From assembly GCA_007129655.1 (NCBI GenBank), contig SKVC01000023.1, forward strand, positions 1-39,192: a stretch of 39,192 nucleotides of DNA, read 5' to 3'. Both the position numbers and the translations under genes were made by a program. Position 1 is the stretch's first letter, and the number at the start of each line of letters is the position of its first letter. Shown here piece after piece: positions 18,201-26,511 of this stretch. The DNA is from Thermoplasmata archaeon. GTDB taxonomy: Archaea > Thermoplasmatota > Thermoplasmata > Halarchaeoplasmatales > Halarchaeoplasmataceae. The notes beneath the pieces were generated by a model that was given only the letters and a program-made list of their open reading frames with translations, was not told where the DNA came from and searched no databases.

Positions 18201-18309
18201 CCGCAAGGTCAAGTGCAGACTGTACACCTGCTATTCCTCCGCCAACTACGGCAACGGCACCGATGGTTTCATTCGCAGACATCGTGACCCTCCTTGAAAT
18301 ATCCTTCAT
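15226..18309 (-). CDS. hdrA: Tandem HdrA-type flavoprotein: an uninterrupted thioredoxin-reductase-like HdrA module with inserted ferredoxin (aa ~17-445) fused to a second, complete HdrA unit (aa ~463-1027)
   Basis: Module 1: [74 protein letters not shown]. Module 2: [14 protein letters not shown] (N-terminal Cys-cluster domain), [23 protein letters not shown], and a C-terminal 2x[4Fe-4S] ([24 protein letters not shown]). An AGGAGG SD sits 6 nt before the second ATG (M10, nt 18282), which is the more likely start. That start would reduce the overlap with the upstream gene to 14 nt. Confidence 0.85.
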   Translation of the reverse strand: [1027 protein letters not shown]

Positions 18310-18946
18310 CTATTGCTATCTCTCGTATGGCAAACATCAATTTTGGTATCTCCACACCCTGGGGACACTGTTCAAAACATCGAAAGTGGGTAGAACATAT
18401 TTCAACGAATTTATTAGCGTAAACCTTATCTTTCATACCAAGAAGGGAAGTTTTGATCACTTTACGTGGAGAATACAATGAATCTAAGTCTCTTTCCGGA
18501 CAACCGGCGGTACAGGTTCCACATGAAAAACAATTGTAGATCTCTTTCCCGGATTCTCCTTCTGCTAATTCGTATTTGAAAGAGGGATCCATACCTTTCT
18601 TTATCTCGTCACCGCACTCGTCCTCTTCTTTCTCATCCTTCAAACGTTCGTTTCGTATCTGATTCATCAAACCCTTTACATTCACTTCCTGAGGACACTT
18701 ATCCAAACATCTGTAATGGGATGAACATACCCATAGAAACTCGGATGATAGAACTTCTTCACGGAGACCCAGGAGTGCCTTTCTAATTATAGTTCTCGCG
18801 TTCCAGTGGTCATCTACGTCCATCTCGGGACACCTTGTTGTGCAGCTTCCACATGCAAAACAGTTCAGTATACCTTCTCCACCTTCCTGTTCCGCTATTT
18901 CGTATTTGAAGTTAACATCTAGTTTCTTGGTATCGATGGAATCCAT
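18269..18946 (-). CDS. Internally duplicated HdrC-like iron-sulfur protein (two HdrC-type repeats)
   Basis: Repeat 1: NCFACGSCTTRCPE..VCSSHYRCLDKCPQ. Repeat 2: NCFSCGTCTAGCPE..ICSTHFRCFEQCPQ. Each repeat carries CxxCxxCxxxCP plus Cx5Cx3CP. The gene starts immediately after the upstream stop (0-nt gap). Confidence 0.7.
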   Translation of the reverse strand: MDSIDTKKLDVNFKYEIAEQEGGEGILNCFACGSCTTRCPEMDVDDHWNARTIIRKALLGLREEVLSSEFLWVCSSHYRCLDKCPQEVNVKGLMNQIRNERLKDEKEEDECGDEIKKGMDPSFKYELAEGESGKEIYNCFSCGTCTAGCPERDLDSLYSPRKVIKTSLLGMKDKVYANKFVEICSTHFRCFEQCPQGVEIPKLMFAIREIAIDEGYFKEGHDVCE

Positions 18947-20044
18947 CTATTTTTCCCCCACATCCAGGAATTCGTCTTCCCTGTACACGATCATTGGCAT
19001 CTCTTCTTCGGGATCTCTTCCAGGTAAGTATTCGAATTCTGCCTGTGCATTCTCGGCTATGGCCGTTATGATATCCATCAAAGGGATATCGGAAGGACAC
19101 GCTTGCTCGCAAAGACCGCACTCTACACAGGAAAGTATCATGTGGTTGAATCTTGTTACATGGAACAACAGGGAATCCGTAGGGGTCTTGTATGCACCTT
19201 TGCTCTTGGCCTTGGCCATGTATTTACTCGCCTCTACATCGAAAACATCACTTTCGAAAAGGCATTCACGACAGTAACATATCGGACAGGCTTTCATACA
19301 GTTGTGACAGTTTACACATGTATCGAAGAATTCAAGTAACTTATCGACACCGGCGATATCCGAATGTTCATCAATGAAAGCTTTTCTTGCCTCATCCCTC
19401 TTATTTCTTATTTCCAGAACGGCTTTTTCCCTGTCCTCCTCGGTGGCAACTTCACTCAATTTCATATCTGAAACCAGTTCCTGTCCATTTTCTGTTCTAG
19501 TATCCAGCAATATTGCTTTATCTGTATCGGCACCGAAGATACCGATTATCATGTCTGCAGTCTCCGGCACAGGATCTTTACAGTTAAGACATGCCGTCCT
19601 CATATTTTCTTCACTTTCTCCTTTCAGTACGACTTCCGTGGGATCATCGTCACCCGGATAGTTAGAATACGTCTTCATGGGGAACGTTCCGGGACAGTCA
19701 ACACCTATAAGCACGATATTTTCCAGGTCGGCCTGCTTCAATTTTAACAATTCAGTCAAAGCTCTTATTTCGCATGCACGAAGAACTACAGCCAAAGGCT
19801 TATCAGAACCTTTTATTTTCGTTAACCTGGATACCATAGCACCGGTTGAAACCGGAAGTAAAGGAGCGAATACGTTGGTATTGAGCTTTTCCGGGTCAGA
19901 TATCATAGTTGGGAACGCGGATTTACCCGAGGGTGTTTCCTGCATTGCCAAAACGGCATCGACTTTACCGCTTTCAAGCAACTGCTTTAAAAAACTGTTC
20001 ACGGTCTTGGGAACATCATCTTCTATCTTTAATTCGTATATCAT
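18947..20044 (-). CDS. FrhB/FdhB- or AsrA-like iron-sulfur protein (365 aa); family assignment tentative
   Basis: The N-terminal half has VVLRACEIRALTELL..IGVDCPGT..CLNCKDPVPETADMIIGIFG, which is reminiscent of the FrhB/FdhB fold. The C-terminal half has CVNCHNCMKACPICYCRECLF (the CPxCxC motif typical of AsrA/sulfhydrogenase-beta-type dicluster domains) and CVECGLCEQACP. Confidence 0.5.
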   Translation of the reverse strand: MIYELKIEDDVPKTVNSFLKQLLESGKVDAVLAMQETPSGKSAFPTMISDPEKLNTNVFAPLLPVSTGAMVSRLTKIKGSDKPLAVVLRACEIRALTELLKLKQADLENIVLIGVDCPGTFPMKTYSNYPGDDDPTEVVLKGESEENMRTACLNCKDPVPETADMIIGIFGADTDKAILLDTRTENGQELVSDMKLSEVATEEDREKAVLEIRNKRDEARKAFIDEHSDIAGVDKLLEFFDTCVNCHNCMKACPICYCRECLFESDVFDVEASKYMAKAKSKGAYKTPTDSLLFHVTRFNHMILSCVECGLCEQACPSDIPLMDIITAIAENAQAEFEYLPGRDPEEEMPMIVYREDEFLDVGEK

Positions 20045-20054
20045 GGTAATACCT

Positions 20055-20501
20055 CTAAATATTCCATTTCTCCTTCATGGGATTCGGGCCGAGTTTCTTT
20101 GTTTCGTTCACTATTTCCTTTACCGTATCGGCAAATTTCTGGCCTTCCGAAGCCGATATCCAACGTAACCATATCCTATCGGGTTCCATTCCAAGAGTGG
20201 TAAGGATGTTCTTCAGCAGAACCATCTTTCTTCTTGCTTTGTAATTCCCATTAATATAATGACAGTCGCCTGGGTGACAGCCACCTATGAGTACGGCATC
20301 GGCACCTTCTAACAATGCTCTGTTCACATATACTGAATCAACCGAACCGGAGCACATCACTCTGATCACTCTTATGTTCGGAGGATACTGTATGCGGCTA
20401 GTACCTGCTAGATCCGCTCCTGCATAGGAACACCAGTTGCAGAGGAACCCGACTATCTTGGGTTCGAAATCTTCATTTTTTTTCTCTTTTTCTTCGCTCA
20501 T
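20055..20501 (-). CDS. mvhD: MvhD / FlpD-type [2Fe-2S] electron-transfer subunit, copy 2
   Basis: [50 protein letters not shown]. About 60 % identical by eye to copy 1. The shared DNA string gctcctgcataggaacaccagtt occurs in both copies. Confidence 0.9.
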   Translation of the reverse strand: MSEEKEKKNEDFEPKIVGFLCNWCSYAGADLAGTSRIQYPPNIRVIRVMCSGSVDSVYVNRALLEGADAVLIGGCHPGDCHYINGNYKARRKMVLLKNILTTLGMEPDRIWLRWISASEGQKFADTVKEIVNETKKLGPNPMKEKWNI

Positions 20502-20512
20502 TTTATCGCTCC

Positions 20513-23500
20513 TTATCTAATACATTCGTCTATCATAGACATGATCTGTCTCTTTGTGAAGGAATTTTGCTGTGCAGTACCGCTGGGACATATGGCGGCA
20601 CAGGCACCGCATCCTTGGCATAATATTTCGTTAACTATCACAATACGTTTTTCTTCATCGTAATCCAATGCATCATACGGACATATGTTGACGCACAGTT
20701 TACATCCGGCACATCTTCTAGAGGCTATATTGGCTACGCTTCCACCGGTTTCAAGGTACTCTTTTGAAAGTATTGTAGCTGCTCTGGACGATGCTGCTCG
20801 TGCCTGAGCTATGGCTTCATCCATGAATCTTGGACTGTGTGCTAAACCGCATAGGAATATACCGTCTGCGGAAAATTCTACCGGTCGAAGTTTCATGTGT
20901 GCTTCCGAGTAAAATCCGTCTGAATTGAGTGGAACCTTCAGCTGCTGGGCCAAGGCGGTGTTTTCTCCGGGTACGACACCTACACTCAGTACAAGTTTAT
21001 CCGGGTTGAGTATCATATCTCTCTGGAGTATCTTATCCTTTGTTTGAACGGTGATCTTACCTTTCTTTAAGTCAACTTGCGGCTCCTCGTTTTCGTCGAA
21101 TTTTATGAAGAAAACACCTTTTCCCCTCGCCTTACGATATAAACTATCTTCTTTGAATCCGTATGTGCGTATATCTCTGTATAATACGTAAACGGAAACA
21201 TCCGGATTGTTTTCTTTCAATCTGACTGCATTCTTAATAGCATTGGAACAGCATATCCTGGAACAGTACGGATGTTCATCGTTCCTTGAACCAACACACT
21301 GTATCATCACTACTTCCTTTAAATCTCCGAGATATTTTTTACCAGACGCTAGATCTTTCTCAAACTCCTTCTGTGTAATGATATTTTCACTATCTTCATA
21401 GGAGTATTCAGTGGGCTCGTAGGCCTCTCCACCGGTGGCTACAACAACGGCTCCATGTTCGATGGTCTCCGTAGTGCCTTCGTGACTTATCCGGGAAGTA
21501 TAATTCCCTACGTATCCATCGATATCTTCCAATATCGCCCCGGTGTAAAGGGATATGTTTTCGTGTTCGGTAGTCTTTGAGATCATTTCTTCAAGTAATT
21601 TTTGAGGATCTTCGTCTCCGATACCAAGGTGCACATCCCGTGATAAACCGCCGAGTTCTTCCTCCCTTTCTATCAGATAAACATCGAATCCCTGGTCCGA
21701 CAAGGCTATGGCTGAAGACATACCGGAAATACCTCCACCGATGACCAGTGCCTTTTGGACAACAGGGAATTTTTCGTGTGAAACCGCCCTCATCTCATTT
21801 ACCCTTACAACACCCATGGCAACGGTTTCTTTTGCCTTTTCCGTAGCCAAAACCGGATTATCTCTATGTACCCAGGAATTCTGGTCTCTTAGATTGACCA
21901 TCTCGAAAAGATGCGGATTCAATCCGGCTTCCCTAAGAGTATCCTGGAAGAGCGGTTCGTGTGTTCTCGGTGTGCATGAAGCCACTACTATCCTATTGAG
22001 ACCCAATTCGTTAATCCTCTCCTTTATCCGTTCCAAAGAGTCCTGCGAACATGAAAAGGTCTCGTCGTCGGCCAGTGCAACGTATGGAAGCCTCTGCACA
22101 TATTCTTTTACTTTCTGTATGTCTATAATTCCGCCTATATTGATACCGCAGTGGCAAAGGAACACACCTGTTCTTGGGAATTCGTTGCTAACATCCCTCT
22201 CTCGCGGATATTCTTTTGTTGTAACTTCACTTCCTCTGGCATCCTTTATATCTCTAGCTGCAATGGCTGCTGCTGCTGAAGCTTCGATCACACTTTCGGG
22301 TATATCCTTTGGCTCTGTAGCGGAACCGGAAGCGTATATTCCAGATCTTGAAGTTTCAACATTATAATAGGGATCGACCTCTATGAATCCATAACCGTTG
22401 AGATTTACATTGACTATGGATGCAAGATCCGGAAGTGTATCGCAAGGCTGCATACCTACGGCAAGTACCACCATATCATAGCTTTCTATTTCTACATCTC
22501 CGTTATCGTTGATGTATCTTACACTCAGCTCTCCGGTCTCACGGTTTTGCTCGATACGAGGTACTCTTGACCTTCTGAAAACTACACCGTACTCATCCTC
22601 TGCCCGTTCGTAATATCTTTCGAAATCCTTGCCGAAGGTCCTCATATCCATGAAATAAATGTGTGTGTCTAAGCCCGGAAGATGTTCTTTTGCTATCACA
22701 GCCTCCTTTATGGAGTACATACAGCAAACCGACGAGCAGTATTTATGGTCACAGCTTTCGTCCCTGGAACCTATACATTGTAACCATGCTATCTTCTTAG
22801 GTTCTTCACCATCGGAAAGGCGTTTTATATGTCCCTGAAAAGGTCCCGATGCGGAAAGCATCCTCTCGAATTCCAGGGAGGTGAGTACATTTGGGTACAA
22901 CCCGTATCCAAGACTGTCTCCTTCTGGTGGTTCATATACATCGGCCCCGGGTGAAAGTATTACAGAACCTATATTGATATTGATATCTTCGTCTTCCTGG
23001 TCGTACAATATTGCTTCCGGTTCACAGAAATTTTCACACGATTTACACGTACCGTTCAAGGCATACATGCAGGCGTCCTTGTCTATGATCGGAACGTTCG
23101 GTATCGCTTGTGGAAACGGTATATGTACTGCTTTACGCTCCGCCAGGCCTGCGTCGTAATCACTTAAAAGGGGTTCCGGTGTTTGTGTACTTATCTCTGA
23201 GAGGTCTATACACTGGGTAGGACAGACAAATGCACACGCACCGCAGGTGGTGCACACATCCGAGTGTTCCTGAAATGGAGGTATTACCTCTCTAGCTGCA
23301 CCTCTATTGGCGAAACCGATGGCTCCTACTCCCATGACCTGTTCACATACATTTACACACAGACCACATAAGATACATTTTTCATTTGGCTCTGTATAAG
23401 TTTTAAACCGTGAGCTATCCACACCTAGCTTACTTGCAACTTCCTTTAGTTCGCTCGATTCCGGACATCTAGCTAGATAGAGTTCCATCAAAATTTTTCT

Positions 23501-23752
23501 TGATCTATCGATCCTTGGCGAACTAGTCTTTATCTCCATACCCTCTTTAATAAGTAAACTACATGATGCCGTTACCTTAGTCCATCCTTTTTGTGTTACT
23601 CCCACAACGCAGAGCCTGCATGCACTGTAAGGCTCCACGGATGGATGATGACATAGTGTTGGGATAAAAACATTGTTTCGTTTGGCAACGTCCAAAACCG
23701 TCTCTCCAGGTATAGCCTCGTATTCCTTTGAATCTATTGTGATCATGACCAT
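20513..23752 (-). CDS. Fusion protein: NuoG/HydA-N-terminal-like FeS domain (aa 1-~198) + C-terminal part of an HdrA-type flavoprotein module (aa ~199-520) + complete HdrA unit (aa ~526-1079)
   Basis: NuoG-like part: [2Fe-2S] C34-x10-C45-x2-C48-x13-C64 ([17 protein letters not shown]), then [12 protein letters not shown] and [12 protein letters not shown]. The usual His/Cys3 cluster motif looks degenerate (LARCPESS). HdrA-C fragment: [74 protein letters not shown]. Full HdrA: [72 protein letters not shown] lies 6 nt upstream of the ATG, which abuts the nuoF-like stop. Confidence 0.85.
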   Translation of the reverse strand: MVMITIDSKEYEAIPGETVLDVAKRNNVFIPTLCHHPSVEPYSACRLCVVGVTQKGWTKVTASCSLLIKEGMEIKTSSPRIDRSRKILMELYLARCPESSELKEVASKLGVDSSRFKTYTEPNEKCILCGLCVNVCEQVMGVGAIGFANRGAAREVIPPFQEHSDVCTTCGACAFVCPTQCIDLSEISTQTPEPLLSDYDAGLAERKAVHIPFPQAIPNVPIIDKDACMYALNGTCKSCENFCEPEAILYDQEDEDININIGSVILSPGADVYEPPEGDSLGYGLYPNVLTSLEFERMLSASGPFQGHIKRLSDGEEPKKIAWLQCIGSRDESCDHKYCSSVCCMYSIKEAVIAKEHLPGLDTHIYFMDMRTFGKDFERYYERAEDEYGVVFRRSRVPRIEQNRETGELSVRYINDNGDVEIESYDMVVLAVGMQPCDTLPDLASIVNVNLNGYGFIEVDPYYNVETSRSGIYASGSATEPKDIPESVIEASAAAAIAARDIKDARGSEVTTKEYPRERDVSNEFPRTGVFLCHCGINIGGIIDIQKVKEYVQRLPYVALADDETFSCSQDSLERIKERINELGLNRIVVASCTPRTHEPLFQDTLREAGLNPHLFEMVNLRDQNSWVHRDNPVLATEKAKETVAMGVVRVNEMRAVSHEKFPVVQKALVIGGGISGMSSAIALSDQGFDVYLIEREEELGGLSRDVHLGIGDEDPQKLLEEMISKTTEHENISLYTGAILEDIDGYVGNYTSRISHEGTTETIEHGAVVVATGGEAYEPTEYSYEDSENIITQKEFEKDLASGKKYLGDLKEVVMIQCVGSRNDEHPYCSRICCSNAIKNAVRLKENNPDVSVYVLYRDIRTYGFKEDSLYRKARGKGVFFIKFDENEEPQVDLKKGKITVQTKDKILQRDMILNPDKLVLSVGVVPGENTALAQQLKVPLNSDGFYSEAHMKLRPVEFSADGIFLCGLAHSPRFMDEAIAQARAASSRAATILSKEYLETGGSVANIASRRCAGCKLCVNICPYDALDYDEEKRIVIVNEILCQGCGACAAICPSGTAQQNSFTKRQIMSMIDECIR

Positions 23753-25615
23753 TTAGGTCACCTCCACCGCGTTAAACTTGCAAGCATCGTGGCAAAGCCC
23801 GCATTTGATACATATCTCTTGGTCTATCTCATGAACTTTCTTTGCTTCACCGGATATCGCTTCTACCGGGCATTTCTTTGCACACAATTGACAACCGACG
23901 CAGTTATCGGCATCGATACTAAATTCGATAAGTGCTTTGCACACCTTAGCAGGGCATTTTTTATCAGATATATGGGCATCGTACTCATCTCTAAAATATC
24001 GTAGTGTGGTAAGTACGGGATTGGGGGCTGTTGCACCTAGCTGACACAGCGATGTGTCTTTAACTACTTCTGCTAACTCTTCCAGTAATTCGATATCCCC
24101 CTCTTTACTCTTACCTTCTGTGATATCGGTCAACAAACCATACATCTGTACCAGTCCTTCACGACATGGAGTACATTTACCGCACGACTCATTTTTCAGG
24201 AAGTTAACAAAATACTTGGCCACATCCACCATACATGTACCTTCGTCCATCACGATCATACCACCGGAACCCATCATGGCTCCGGCATCTGTAAGACTGT
24301 CGTAATCGATTGGAAGGTCCATATGTTCTTCAGGTATACATCCTCCGGAAGGACCACCTATCTGGATAGCCTTGAATTTTTTATCATCCTTGATCCCTCC
24401 TCCGATGTCGAACACAACATCCCTAAGTGTTATTCCCATAGGAACTTCAACAAGACCGGTATTGTTTACTTTACCAACTAATGAAAAAATTTTAGTTCCT
24501 TTAGACCCCTCGGTACCGATTTTACTGTACCAGTCACTGCCCTTATTAACAATAAGCGGGACATTTGCCCATGTTTCCACGTTGTTAAGAACCGTGGGCC
24601 TATTCCATAATCCGCTTTGGGTACTGTGTATGTGTTTGACCCTTGGTTCACCGGGTCTTCCCTCGATTGATGCTGTAAGTGCGGTAGATTCACCGCAAAC
24701 GAAAGCTCCGCCGCCTTTTGCGATCTTTACATCAAATGAAAAATCACTGCCGAGAATGTTTTCGCCAAGTAAACCTAATTCTCTTGCACTTTGGATCGCC
24801 TTCTCGAAGTACTCGACAGCCAAGGGATATTCCGCTCTCACATAGATGTAGCCGTGTTCCGCACCAATAGCATAGGCGCCGATTATCATACCCTCAAGAA
24901 CGCTATGTGGATTACCCTCCAGAAGGCTCCGATTTGCATATGCACCCGGATCCCCTTCGTCTGCGTTACAGATAACATATTTTATCCCGTCTTCCGAGGT
25001 ACTATTATATGCTGCTTCCCACTTTCTCCCCGTTGGAAAACCGGCTCCTCCGCGTCCTCTAAGACCTGACTCTTTGATTGTATTGATAATATCCGACGAA
25101 GGAATTTGTTCTTCTAATATATGTACAAGTGCTTTATACCCCTTGATGGAGATATAATCTTCTATACGAGTAGGATCTATCAACTCGTTATACCCGAACA
25201 GAAGTCTTTCTTGGCTACTATAAAACGGAATATCCTTTTCGTATTCCAATGTTTTGTTAGATTTGGGGTCGGTGTACAGTAGTTCTTCTATTATCTTACC
25301 CTCTTTGATGGTTTCCGAAATGATCCGTTCAATGTGTTCCGGTTTTACTGTCTTATAAAAAATATTTTTGGGCTGTATTAATACGATCGGACCTTGCTCG
25401 CAGAATCCATGACATCCGGTGGGGAGTACTGATATATCAGTTATATCTTGTTTTTTCAGTTCATCCATAAGGAGGTTTGTTATCTTTTTACCTTTTAGGG
25501 CGTTGCAACCTGTTCCATTACAAACGGTAATCAACCGCCTGTTGGGATCTCTTTTATTTGTAACCTTTTCCTGTAACGTATAGAAATCCTTGTGATTCTT
25601 AAGCACTTTATTCAA
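23753..25615 (-). CDS. NuoF/HydB-like NAD(P)H-binding FMN iron-sulfur flavoprotein (bifurcating-hydrogenase beta-subunit architecture)
   Basis: The N-terminal thioredoxin-like [2Fe-2S] is VCNGTGC..GCHGFCEQGP. The core has GLRGRGGAGFPTGRKWE, VICNADEGDPGAY, GGGAFVCGESTAL and ESCGKCTPCREG. The C-terminus has KCPAKVCKAL plus 2x[4Fe-4S] (CVGCQLCAKKCP, CIKCGLCHDAC). The track start is a TTG at 25615. A GTG at 25606 lies 9 nt after a GGAGG SD, which is a better start and removes the overlap. Confidence 0.9.
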   Translation of the reverse strand: MNKVLKNHKDFYTLQEKVTNKRDPNRRLITVCNGTGCNALKGKKITNLLMDELKKQDITDISVLPTGCHGFCEQGPIVLIQPKNIFYKTVKPEHIERIISETIKEGKIIEELLYTDPKSNKTLEYEKDIPFYSSQERLLFGYNELIDPTRIEDYISIKGYKALVHILEEQIPSSDIINTIKESGLRGRGGAGFPTGRKWEAAYNSTSEDGIKYVICNADEGDPGAYANRSLLEGNPHSVLEGMIIGAYAIGAEHGYIYVRAEYPLAVEYFEKAIQSARELGLLGENILGSDFSFDVKIAKGGGAFVCGESTALTASIEGRPGEPRVKHIHSTQSGLWNRPTVLNNVETWANVPLIVNKGSDWYSKIGTEGSKGTKIFSLVGKVNNTGLVEVPMGITLRDVVFDIGGGIKDDKKFKAIQIGGPSGGCIPEEHMDLPIDYDSLTDAGAMMGSGGMIVMDEGTCMVDVAKYFVNFLKNESCGKCTPCREGLVQMYGLLTDITEGKSKEGDIELLEELAEVVKDTSLCQLGATAPNPVLTTLRYFRDEYDAHISDKKCPAKVCKALIEFSIDADNCVGCQLCAKKCPVEAISGEAKKVHEIDQEICIKCGLCHDACKFNAVEVT

Positions 25616-26510
25616 CCTCCTTTTTTATCTCGTTGATGAAATCGTCTACTTTTGATGGTAATACGGGGTAATATTCATCATCCACCACTACTACAGGGCC
25701 TAAAGCACAGGCACCAAGGCAGTTAACGGCTTCGAGAGAAAATAAACCATCTTCGGTAGTTTCACCCGGTTTGATCCTTAATTTACGTTCGATCTCATCC
25801 AGCACCCTGGGACTTCCTCTGACATGACAGGCGGTACCCATGCAAACTTTGATGGTATGTTTTCCACGTGGTTCTAAAGAAAATGATGTGTAAAAAGTAA
25901 CAACATGATATACTTGTGAAAACGGTATCCCCAATTCCTGTGATACATATCTTAGAATATCTTTGGGTAGATACCGGTACTCTTCATTGATGGCCTGCAT
26001 TATCGGTATCAGTGATTCGTTTTCCCTTCCATGTTTCTTAAAAAGTTCGTCAACCTTATCGATGTTCTTTTGTTCAATATCCTGCCTTGCATCACGTGGT
26101 TCAGGTATCTGAGGTTTGTACCTAACCAAGCAGTTCTCAACGCAAAGGCCACAACCATTACATAACTCTTCGTCGATGGACCTAGCACGCTTGTTTATGG
26201 TAGCTGTGAAATCACCGGGCTCGCCTTCAAGTTTTATCAGATCTGAATTGGTGATTATCTCTATATTCGGGTGTCTACCGGTGGCTACGAGTTTGGGAGC
26301 TAAAATACACATGGAACAATCATTAGTTGGAAAGGTCTTGTCTAATTGAGTCATCCTTCCGGCAATGGATAAACCTTTATCAACGAGGTAAACCTTGAAA
26401 CCGGAATCCGCAAGGTCCAATGAAGATTGAATGCCGGATATTCCTCCGCCAACAACCATGACCGAGCCTTTTACTGATTTATTTTCTATTATTGTTTCTT
26501 CAGATGCCAT
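25608..26510 (-). CDS. Fusion protein: N-terminal part of an HdrA-type FAD module (aa ~15-127) + NuoE/HydC-like thioredoxin-like [2Fe-2S] domain (aa ~160-300)
   Basis: HdrA-N fragment: [64 protein letters not shown]. NuoE part: [51 protein letters not shown] SD lies 8 nt upstream. The ATG is 1 nt after the hdrA stop. Confidence 0.85.
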   Translation of the reverse strand: [300 protein letters not shown]

Positions 26511-26511
26511 C

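Noticed and set aside
21708-22367. 219-aa plus-strand ORF inside the hdrA fusion. Similar long antisense ORFs occur at 31038-31676, 9398-9886, 24372-24845 and 19677-20168.
   Set aside because: All lie opposite genes with unambiguous catalytic motifs. Their translations are low-complexity (S/P/L/F-rich) and have no recognisable domains. These are typical antisense open frames.
23159-26130. The split HdrA module as a simple frameshift, pseudogene or assembly artefact
   Set aside because: The two fragments are separated by about 3 kb of intact, motif-complete NuoE, NuoF and NuoG-N coding sequence, not by a local frame disruption. Each cistron boundary has a stop, a correctly spaced SD and a start. 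A chimeric assembly still needs to be excluded with reads.
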